From an uncultured Bacillota bacterium (GTDB lineage Bacteria; Bacillota_I; Bacilli_A; RF39; UBA660), in contig CABUNR010000003.1 in assembly GCA_902492995.1 (NCBI GenBank), positions 3,482-67,481 of the forward strand: a stretch of DNA of 64,000 nt, read 5' to 3'. Below, piece after piece: positions 9,065 to 16,480 of the stretch. The translations under genes and the position numbers were made by a program. Each line of letters opens with the position of its first letter. Positions within the stretch are counted from its first letter, which is position 1. The notes beneath the pieces are model-generated. The model made no database searches, was not told the origin of the DNA, and saw only the letters and a list, made by a program, of their open reading frames with translations.

Positions 9065-9445
9065 TTAATAATTCCATATTCCTAATTTACCTTTTGCTGG
9101 TATTGGCTCATCTAATACTTCTAATACTTTTAATTTCCATGCATATCTTCCTTCAGAATATAATCCATAATCATATTCTGAAGTTTCTTTATTAATATAT
9201 TTAATAAATTCATCAGTCATGGGAATACAATCTACTAACTCACATTTGCATAATATAAAACCAGGTTTAATTTCAGATTTTAAATATTTATTTGCACTTT
9301 CTACTCTTTCTGATTTACTTAATGATAAGCTAGCATGAATATATATTTCACCTCTATAATTTGTTTTCCAACTTCTAGTTTCATATATTTTTACACCATC
9401 TTTTATTAATGTAGCAAATGGTTCTTTAATTGATAACACCTTCAT
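9065..9445 (-). CDS. ASCH (PUA-like) domain protein
   Basis: LSIKEPFATLIKDGVKIYETRSWKTNYRGEIYIHAS matches the ASCH N-terminal pattern (LSIxQPWAxLIxxGxKxxExRxW...YRG). This family is common in prophage-derived regions. Confidence 0.65.
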   Translation of the reverse strand: MKVLSIKEPFATLIKDGVKIYETRSWKTNYRGEIYIHASLSLSKSERVESANKYLKSEIKPGFILCKCELVDCIPMTDEFIKYINKETSEYDYGLYSEGRYAWKLKVLEVLDEPIPAKGKLGIWNY

Positions 9446-9480
9446 TAGCATCACATCCTATAACCATTATACACCAAAAA

Positions 9481-9527
9481 AAGAGAATTTTATTATAATT
9501 CTCTTATCGTAATATCTTAATATTACG
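9481..9527 (-). terminator. tandem hairpins terminating the four-gene cassette
   Basis: A perfect 8-bp hairpin cgtaatat-ctta-atattacg (9508-9527) is followed by a 9-bp hairpin aagagaatt-ttattat-aattctctt (9481-9505). A T-run follows on the minus strand. Confidence 0.6.
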
Positions 9528-9537
9528 AGCAAAATAA

Positions 9538-9630
9538 TTATCTTGTTAAAAACAATATTATATAAAAGATAACAACTATTGCTACTACAGCAATTATTAC
9601 TTTTTTAATTATATCTTTAAATTTTTCCAT
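9538..9630 (-). CDS. 30-aa single-pass membrane peptide (last gene of the cassette)
   Basis: My own translation gives MEKFKDIIKKVIIAVVAIVVIFYIILFLTR. AAGGAG lies 11 nt upstream of the ATG. The ORF is below the track size cutoff. Confidence 0.4.
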   Translation of the reverse strand: MEKFKDIIKKVIIAVVAIVVIFYIILFLTR

Positions 9631-9645
9631 ACTATATTTTACTCC

Positions 9646-10305
9646 TTATTTTTCTTTCCATATTATATCTATATCTTTGTCTTTAGCTTTTACCATTTGT
9701 TCTATAATCGTTTTAGCATTTTTATCAGCCTTTTCTAACAATCCAGCTTCTAGTGCTTTTTCTTTACCTTTTTCTACTACAGCGTCTTCTAAATCATGTC
9801 TTTCTTTAGAATTAATATTTGTAAACCAACTTTCATCATCTAAATATGAATTAAAAGTATTAGGAACTTGATAGTATTTATATATTTTTGCTTTTGGAAG
9901 CGTAATAGTTACTGTTTTTCCATCTTCTGAAATATCTTGCTCTATCTCTTTGAAATTTAATCCAGCTGTCACTTCAACATCAAGACTAAATATTATTCTG
10001 CTTTCAGTAAATGGTACTGATATTTTATTAAATATTTTTCTATCTTTTGTACTATCTTCTAATATCCTACCATACCATTCTTGTGTAACTAGCTCACCAA
10101 CATCTTTAAATCCAAAATCAATTATTGTTTCTCTATGATTCATACTTTTAGAATATTTAAATCCTAAAAAGGCAATAAAAAGCAAGATTATACATATTGT
10201 TATAATCATTATTGTTTTAGGAATTTTAATTCTTTCTTTAACTTTTTTCTTCTCTTTTGTTTTTTCTTTTGAATCTTTTTCTACTAGTTTTTTTTCTTCT
10301 TCCAT
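9646..10305 (-). CDS. DUF4230-like membrane-anchored protein
   Basis: K/E-rich N-terminus, one TM (IMIITICIILLFIAFLGF), then GELVTQEWY...AGLNFKEIEQDI..GKTVTITLPKAKI...ALEAGLLEKADKNAKTIIEQ. This matches my recollection of the DUF4230 layout. Confidence 0.5.
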   Translation of the reverse strand: MEEEKKLVEKDSKEKTKEKKKVKERIKIPKTIMIITICIILLFIAFLGFKYSKSMNHRETIIDFGFKDVGELVTQEWYGRILEDSTKDRKIFNKISVPFTESRIIFSLDVEVTAGLNFKEIEQDISEDGKTVTITLPKAKIYKYYQVPNTFNSYLDDESWFTNINSKERHDLEDAVVEKGKEKALEAGLLEKADKNAKTIIEQMVKAKDKDIDIIWKEK

Positions 10306-10323
10306 ATTACTACTCCTTTTTAA

Positions 10324-10542
10324 TTATAATTTACCTTTTTTACCTCTTGTTGCTATAAATATTACTATACCTGCTACTGTGCCAACTCCAGTTCCAATTC
10401 CTGCTAATATTCCTTTAGTTTTTTTTGCCTGTTTTCCAAGACAGTTTTCACATTTAGAAGCACCTTTTTTTATTTCACTTTTTGATAAAGGTTTACCACA
10501 CTTAATACATTTTTCATATTCTTTTTTATTTTTCTTGAACAT
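10324..10542 (-). CDS. zinc-ribbon protein with a C-terminal glycine-zipper transmembrane helix
   Basis: CIKCGKPL...CENCLG (CxxC-x13-CxxC) followed by GILAGIGTGVGTVAGIVIFIA. The start was set at MFKKNKK, so it overlaps the upstream gene's end by 17 nt. Confidence 0.5.
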   Translation of the reverse strand: MFKKNKKEYEKCIKCGKPLSKSEIKKGASKCENCLGKQAKKTKGILAGIGTGVGTVAGIVIFIATRGKKGKL

Positions 10543-11551
10543 TATTAAACTCCTCCAAATATAAATCTTTTCTTTCACTATTTAATAGTTTAACCTTTTT
10601 AGATATATCAGGTAATTTTGTACTCCAATACTTTTTTGGCGATGGATTAAGACTATCTAATCTTTCCAAAAAATCTTTATCAGATATGTACACTTTATCT
10701 AAATATCCACCATAATAATCTAAAGCAATATTAGCTGCATTCTGCTCTCCTAATTCTTGATAGGATATAGCTTCTGTTAGAGATACCATATTTAAAGCAT
10801 TCATACTTTCTCTTAGTTCCGTTATTTTTCTATCTTTTTCTTGTTCTTTTGCTCCATTTAAAAACTTGCCCCAAAAATCAGTTGGTTGTTTTTTCAAAAA
10901 TTCTACTGTTTCTATTTGACTTAACATTAATTTATTTCTGCTATCTTCTGCAGAAGCAGTTAGATTCAATAAAGCCAATTGACGAATTTGAGGATTCTCT
11001 ATTGCCATTGCTTGCAATAATTTTTGTTTGCAACTATATGCAATTGCTAACCTATCATTCTCTTGTCCTTTTCTAACTTCTTCTACAGCAAGCTGAACAT
11101 ATTGAATATCTTGAGCTATTTGTGCCATTTGTGTTTGAGCACTAAGATTAGAAACAGCTGTATTTAATTCAGGTGTCAATTTTATTTTTTCTAAATTAAC
11201 ATTTGAAATAATTTTTTTGGTTTTAGGATCAATTAAACTAGCTATCAAGTCTCCTTTTTTCGAAGACATCAATTCAATTGTTCCTTTAGCAAGTTTCGCT
11301 TTTTGCTCATTTGTAAGAACAGCTTGAAATATATCATTTGGAACAGCAGCACTAATTGTATCAATAAATGCAGGCGAAGAACGCAATAAACTTTTTATCT
11401 TGCTAGAATTATCTTTTATATTTTTTATAATTGGTGACAAAAAATCGTTTGGTTTATAATAATATTTATTATTAATTTTATAGTATTTTTCTCCATCAAT
11501 GATTAAATCAACATCTTTATCATCGATTCTAATTGTATCGGAATTGTCCAT
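10526..11551 (-). CDS. hypothetical, predominantly alpha-helical soluble protein (341 aa), first gene of the cassette
   Basis: Long clean ORF with a GAGAGGAG RBS. I recognise no family. Its composition is richer in G+C than the core genes. Confidence 0.6.
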   Translation of the reverse strand: MDNSDTIRIDDKDVDLIIDGEKYYKINNKYYYKPNDFLSPIIKNIKDNSSKIKSLLRSSPAFIDTISAAVPNDIFQAVLTNEQKAKLAKGTIELMSSKKGDLIASLIDPKTKKIISNVNLEKIKLTPELNTAVSNLSAQTQMAQIAQDIQYVQLAVEEVRKGQENDRLAIAYSCKQKLLQAMAIENPQIRQLALLNLTASAEDSRNKLMLSQIETVEFLKKQPTDFWGKFLNGAKEQEKDRKITELRESMNALNMVSLTEAISYQELGEQNAANIALDYYGGYLDKVYISDKDFLERLDSLNPSPKKYWSTKLPDISKKVKLLNSERKDLYLEEFNNVQEK

Positions 11552-11607
11552 TTATATCTCCTCTCATAAGATAAAATGTATTTCACGCGAATTTTATCTA
11601 CATATCA

Positions 11608-11616
11608 ATTATATCA
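11608..11616 (-). promoter_or_regulatory. extended -10 promoter element (TGaTATAAT) for the four-gene cassette
   Basis: The minus strand reads tttaTGaTATAATtgatatg. A perfect 9-bp leader hairpin (agataaaat/attttatct, 11569-11599) sits just 5' of the RBS. Confidence 0.45.
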
Positions 11617-11888
11617 TAAATTTATACTATTTTTTCAGCAATTTAAATCATCGCAATATTACTATTTTCCGATTTTCTTAATTTTAAAGATTTTTATAGG
11701 TATTTTATTTTTTAAAAAATTGTTGTATAATTAATTTATCAAAAGAAAATATTTTGACTTACTTTGAACTTTAATCGCTCCATTGAGGAATCTGTTCGGA
11801 AAATCCGAACTTACATATATGAATCATTCGAAAGAATGATTTTTTTGTGTTTATAAATCATCCATCCAAAAAAGAAAGGATGGTGTTT

Positions 11889-12032
11889 ATGATTAATATT
11901 ATCAAGCAAGAAATACCTATTGATGAATCACTTTATAAACATATGAAAGAATTAGAAAGTGAACTTCTAAATAATAGAAAACTAAATAGTAATAAAGAAT
12001 TAGAGATTAAAAAAGATGATATAGAGTATTAA
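11889..12032 (+). CDS. hypothetical 47-aa acidic protein
   Basis: MINIIKQEIPIDESLYKHMKELESELL... with AAAGGATGGTG upstream. I recognise no homology, and it is short. Confidence 0.3.
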   Translation: MINIIKQEIPIDESLYKHMKELESELLNNRKLNSNKELEIKKDDIEY

Positions 12033-12055
12033 TTTTTCTCAATATCATCTTAAAC

Positions 12056-12820
12056 TTATCTCTTTTTAATTTCTTTCTTAATAAACTTTACAAATTCTTC
12101 AATATGCATAGAATAAATATCTTCACTACCATACTTACGATAACTAATAATATTATTATCTCACTCATTATCTCCAATAATTAAAGTATATTGATTTTTC
12201 ATAATATTACTTTGCCTTATTTTTTTACCCATATTTTCTTTTGAGTCATCATAACTAACTCTAATCTCTTCATTGTTTAATATTTCAAATATTTTATGGC
12301 AATATTCATCATGATATTTCATGTTAACAGGTATTATATTAACTTGAACAGGAGATAACCAAATAGGAAGTACACCTTTAAATTGTTCTAGCAATAATAC
12401 TAAAAATCTTTCATAATAACCAAGAACTGCTCTATGTACCATTACAGGAGTTTGTTTTTCTCCATTTTCATCAATGTAAAATAATCCAAATCTTTTAGTA
12501 GTAACATTTAGCTTCATTTAAAAATTGATTATATTTATCTAGTTCTTCTTTGTTTTCAAAACATTTTCCAACTATTCTTGTAATCATTTCATTACTAGCA
12601 TTTCCTTCATAATAAGCGCCACTAATTCTCAAAAGTTTTACATAAGTTCCATTATCTAGTTTTCTAATTTCATTTTCTAGAGAATCAAAATCATTCTCAC
12701 TTACTTGTTCATCAATTTTAAATTCATAATAAAACTCATTTTCATTAATATATAGCTAATATTGTTATATTTTTTTTGAATTACTTGCTTTAATAATTCA
12801 ACACCTTTTTCATTTAACAT
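12056..12820 (-). pseudogene. thrS: threonine--tRNA ligase relic (frameshifts, large internal deletions, in-frame TGA)
   Basis: My own translation finds these fragments: FYYEFKIDEQVSENDFDSLENEIRKL, VKLLRISGAYYEGNASNEMITRIVGKCFENKEELDKYNQFLNEAK (compare FKLLSVAGAYWRGDS..ML.RIYG...LEEAK), PVMVHRAVLGYYERFLVLLLEQFKGVLPIWLSPVQVNIIPV (motif 3 plus the start of the anticodon-binding domain), and IIGDNE-TGA-DNNIISYRKYGSEDIYSMHIEEFVKFIKKEIKKR. Only about 260 of roughly 640 codons remain. Confidence 0.75.
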
Positions 12821-12904
12821 TTTTATTTCCTTCTTTCTTTTAATAACTTTTTGATTGGGAATATATCGTATCACTTTCCGTTTCCGTCATTTTTACCATC
12901 TCCT

Positions 12905-13085
12905 TTAAAAAATAAAAAGGATGATACCATATTAGGAGTCTAAAAAGACGGTACCATCCTTACTTTTACTTAATTCATTTTAACCGAACTTATCGGGCAA
13001 TCAGTTTCCTGTGCAACATAATAGGTAGTAATTATTAAGTTTATTTGTTATTTTACACCAACCAATAACTCTCTTTAAAATAATT
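12905..13085 (-). promoter_or_regulatory. T-box riboswitch leader, Thr-type specifier region, with terminator
   Basis: The minus strand reads aaAGAGAGttattggttGGTGtaaaa...ttACTACCtat...agtaAGGATGGTACCGTCtttttagactcctaatatGGTATCATCCTTtttatttttt. The T-box core (12947-12962) forms the 5' arm of a terminator helix followed by a U-run. ACU/ACC Thr codons lie at 13024-13029. The leader sits directly upstream of the thrS relic. Confidence 0.7.
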
Positions 13086-13135
13086 TCTTGATAATCTTGT
13101 CCTATATCATAGTATTTATTATTTTATGTTTATTT

Positions 13136-13177
13136 TCAGAAAAATTAAAAGTCTATCACCTGATTGTAATAGACTTT
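13136..13177 (-). terminator. hairpin plus U-run between the Thr-rich mini-ORF and the T-box leader
   Basis: The minus strand reads aaagtctat-tacaatcaggtg-atagacttt (9-bp perfect stem) followed by taatttttctg. Confidence 0.5.
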
Positions 13178-13210
13178 GCATAAACAATATAATTTATATA
13201 TTTCTTTATA

Positions 13211-13294
13211 TTAATCAATGATAAAACAATCAATAGTAATAATTGATTTTAATGTTGTTGTATTAGTTGTCGTTGTTAATTGGTTGTTTAACAT
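13211..13294 (-). CDS. candidate Thr-rich leader peptide (27 aa: MLNNQLTTTTNTTTLKSIITIDCFIID)
   Basis: My own translation. GAAAGGGA lies 9 nt upstream of the ATG. Seven of the eight codons at positions 7-14 are Thr. It lies upstream of a Thr T-box and the thrS relic. Confidence 0.4.
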   Translation of the reverse strand: MLNNQLTTTTNTTTLKSIITIDCFIID

Positions 13295-13323
13295 TTTAAT
13301 CTATCCCTTTCAAAAACAATTAA

Positions 13324-13352
13324 ATCATGCCATATTTACACTAATTTGTCAA
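13324..13352 (-). promoter_or_regulatory. candidate promoter (TTGACA, 17-nt spacer, TGgCATGAT) for the Thr leader transcript
   Basis: The minus strand reads aaaaTTGACAaattagtgtaaataTGgCATGATttaattg. It lies about 30 nt upstream of the mini-ORF start. Confidence 0.4.
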
Positions 13353-13415
13353 TTTTGTATGATATAATTTTGCCATAAAAAACTTCTATAATTTAAAAAA
13401 AGATGATTGTAGGCA

Positions 13416-14825
13416 TTAATGCTTAGAATCATCTTTTTTTACTTTACTTATAGAATTATTATTTATATTACATTTTTCATGAATAGTTGATTGAATGATA
13501 GACTCTACTATTGGATTTGATTCATATAAATTTTCATTAGATAATACATTGTATAACATAAAATTATCAGAAACATATTGTTTAATACCAGGCAATTGTT
13601 TATCTATTTCATCCATAGTGTATATTATTAATTCTCTATTTCTAGGATGACAAGCAATCAAAGTAGATAAAACATAAAACTGTTCATTAGTTAATCCTGA
13701 TATTATTGTTTTACCATCTATTGTAATTTTAGAACCATCACTACTTAAATTATGACCTTTTTCATACCACTCATCTTCAACCATATATAGTAAGTTACTT
13801 TGATCCTTTGACAATTTAGGATTTCTGTACCATAAATATCTTTTTTCACCATCTTCATAATTTCCATGAGGTCCAAAATGATTATTAAGTTCCACTTGTA
13901 AATCACAATTATCTATTTCAAATTTTTTAATAATATAATTAGAATTAGCATCAACAATTGCAATCATTATTCTTGATGGTTTTTGATTTATATTTTGTGT
14001 AATTTCAACTCTATAACCACAATTATTTGCTTTTGAAGAAAGTAAAAATATATGTTTATCACCATCACATAGATAAGTTATCTCATTTCCAATACAATCC
14101 ATAAATTCTGTCCTAAATCTTTGGTTTAATATAGCATCAATTCCTATAATCCCATCAGTATCTTCAAATTTTTTACTAAAAATTAATTTGTTTTCATTAT
14201 CAAAAAAATCTAATTGATTTACATGTTCTTTGTTTAAATCGGCATTTATTTTTAAAAATTTAAAGCCTGTTTTAATTATTTCTATACTTTGCTTAAGTTC
14301 TTGCATAATTTTAGATTTGTTTTCTGCAATTAATTTTAATTCCTCTTGTGTATAGCCTTTTTTTTCAATTTTATTATTTTTGTTTTGTAATAATAATTCA
14401 GGATCCGAACCTTTAACAAGTAATTTATCATTTTGTTTTGTTCTTGTGATAATAGATATTTTATCACCACTACCTTCAATTATTGTATGATTAATTAATC
14501 CACAAGCTTGCGCCATCATTACTAATTGATCAATTGTTTTGATATCTTCACACCATTTATTTCCTAAACAATCATAATATAAATCTTCCCAAATACATCC
14601 TTCATTGATTTTAGGTAAAGAGTCAATAAACTCAATAATAGTTTGTTTTTTTTCATTTAATTTATTTGTACTAAACCCAATTGTAGGACATTTTCCTTTA
14701 TAGTTTGGAGCAATAGACCCTACTGACGTAAATTCAGTTGTTGGTATACCATCTATTAATTCATCTTCTTCAAATAAACAACTAAAAAATAAATCATTTA
14801 TTTGTTTTTCCTCTAATTTTCTCAT
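13416..14825 (-). CDS. hypothetical protein (469 aa), orphan
   Basis: Long clean ORF. The start was set at MRKLEEKQ, preceded by AAAGGGGGA. I recognise no motif or TM. The stop is embedded in a bidirectional hairpin (gatgattgtaggc-attaat-gcttagaatcatc). Confidence 0.65.
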   Translation of the reverse strand: MRKLEEKQINDLFFSCLFEEDELIDGIPTTEFTSVGSIAPNYKGKCPTIGFSTNKLNEKKQTIIEFIDSLPKINEGCIWEDLYYDCLGNKWCEDIKTIDQLVMMAQACGLINHTIIEGSGDKISIITRTKQNDKLLVKGSDPELLLQNKNNKIEKKGYTQEELKLIAENKSKIMQELKQSIEIIKTGFKFLKINADLNKEHVNQLDFFDNENKLIFSKKFEDTDGIIGIDAILNQRFRTEFMDCIGNEITYLCDGDKHIFLLSSKANNCGYRVEITQNINQKPSRIMIAIVDANSNYIIKKFEIDNCDLQVELNNHFGPHGNYEDGEKRYLWYRNPKLSKDQSNLLYMVEDEWYEKGHNLSSDGSKITIDGKTIISGLTNEQFYVLSTLIACHPRNRELIIYTMDEIDKQLPGIKQYVSDNFMLYNVLSNENLYESNPIVESIIQSTIHEKCNINNNSISKVKKDDSKH

Positions 14826-14899
14826 AATATCCCCCTTTAATTGAATAGTATAATAACACAAAATATATATTTTCGCAAATTTAACCTATAAAAATTAGA

Positions 14900-16480
14900 A
14901 AAAATATATTATATCACGTATAATACTGAGTAGTAAATTGATTAAGTTTGAAAAGTTGAAACTTTTGATATTTACTTTATAAATTTCTGCGATTGAGTTT
15001 AGGCAAATTATATCAGGGGTCTTTGTATCCATAAAAATGACGGCCTAGCTCTTTTCTTTTTATTTTCCTGGTTTAAGAATGTGAGGATTATTTAGTTAAT
15101 CTTATATAACAAGCGTGATGAGGAATATTGAGATTCAAGAGTTCAATCGTATAAGAAAGGAAGTATGATTATGCAAAACGTTTTAGCCGTTGATGTGGCT
15201 AAAGGTAAAAGTATGATTTCTTTAATTAGTTCTTGTGGTGAAGTTCTAATTGAACCATACGAAGTCAATCATTCTATTATAGATTTTTCTAATTTACTTA
15301 ATAGAATTAATAAATTAAAATTAGATAACATTTCTGTAATAATGGAATCTACTGGAATTTATCATAGACCTATAGAAAGATTTTTCTTAGAAAATAATTT
15401 TAAAGTGTTTGTTATTAATGCTTTATATTCTAAAATGTATAAAAGAAATTTAAGGAAAACTAAAACTGATAAACTTGATTGTATATCACTTTCAGAATTA
15501 TTCTTTACTAATGATTTTAGGGAATATATAAAACCTGATGATATTTATTTAAATATGAATGCTTTGTCTAGACAATATCATACACTAGATGAATTATGTG
15601 TTAATTTAAAAAATAGATATAAAAATTTAGTTTATTTATGTTTTCCAGAATATGAGTTAATCTTTAAAAATAAAACTTTTTATAGTGAATTGGCACTTAG
15701 TTTTATTGAAAAATATCCACATGCTGATATTATTTCTAATACTAGAATAGATGCATTACAAAATTTCTTTAAAAAAAATGGCTTTAGGCATTGGAAAAAG
15801 AAACCTATGATTATTAAAGAATATGCAATTAATTCTTACCCATCTGTTTCAAAAGATGATGAAATAACTTCTAGTCTTTCACAACTTGCAAGATTAATTA
15901 ATACTTATCAAAATGAAATTGAAACAATTAAATATAAAATTATATTTTAGGGAAGAAAACAAAATATTTTGAAAGTATTAATTCTATATTTGGAATTGGG
16001 GAATTTACAACATCTCTAATCATTGCAGAACTCGGTGATATAAATTGTTTTAAAAATATAAAAGAATTAACTGCTTATTGCGGATTAGATCCATCAATAA
16101 AACAATCTGGTAAATCCATAAATATTAAAGGTCCAATTTCTAAATCAGGAAATAAATATTTAAGAAAAATTCTATTTGTATCTATACTAAACATTTTAAG
16201 TTTAACAAGATTATGTCACACTGAAAATGATATAGAGAATTATTACAGAAAAAAACGTAATGAAGGAAAACATCATTACGTTGCCACGATTGCATGTACA
16301 ACTAAATTGTTACGAAAAATCTTTGTACTATGCAAACAATTAGATAAGTAATCAACACCACTTGATTACATTTATATTATATACTAAATAAACACATAAT
16401 TTCAAAATTTTAAAAAAATTAGAAATTTCGTGTCTTTTCAGTATGCATTAATATAACATAAAAATTTATTATTGACAAAT
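14900..16480 (+). mobile_element. IS110-family insertion sequence (ends not determinable by eye; coordinates approximate)
   Basis: Contains a DEDD-type transposase gene preceded by an unusually long, comparatively G+C-rich 5' non-coding region of about 250 nt. IS110 elements lack terminal inverted repeats. Confidence 0.6.
15165..16351 (+). pseudogene. IS110-family (DEDD) transposase, split by a -1 frame change near 15941-15950
   Basis: The N-terminal part (LAVDVAKGKS..., MESTGIYH, KTKTDKLDC) ends at the TAG at 15948-15950. My own translation of the frame one nt earlier continues as LGKKTKYFESINSIFGIGEFTTSLIIAELGDINCFKNIKELTAYCGLDPSIKQSGKSINIKGPISKSGNKYLRKILF..., which is the Transposase_20 C-terminal domain. 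Its stop is at 16349-16351. Confidence 0.85.

Noticed and set aside
9677-11681. Track ORFs 9677-9871, 9950-10138, 10379-10564, 10849-11076 and 11499-11681 (+)
   Set aside because: All are shadow ORFs opposite the four-gene cassette. They have no RBS and show hydrophobic low-complexity composition.
12161-12163. In-frame TGA in the thrS relic as evidence for TGA=Trp (genetic code 4)
   Set aside because: Every long housekeeping gene in the window is intact under code 11 and uses TGG for Trp, and TGA is used as a genuine stop (for example at 42388). The relic also carries frameshifts and deletions, so a nonsense mutation is the simpler explanation.
12840-12899. 19-codon ORF (MVKMTETESDTIYSQSKSY) with an AAAGGAGA RBS between the T-box terminator and the thrS relic start
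   Set aside because: It contains three Thr codons but they do not form a run. It lies downstream of the regulatory decision point. It could equally be debris of the original thrS 5' end. The evidence is too weak to call.
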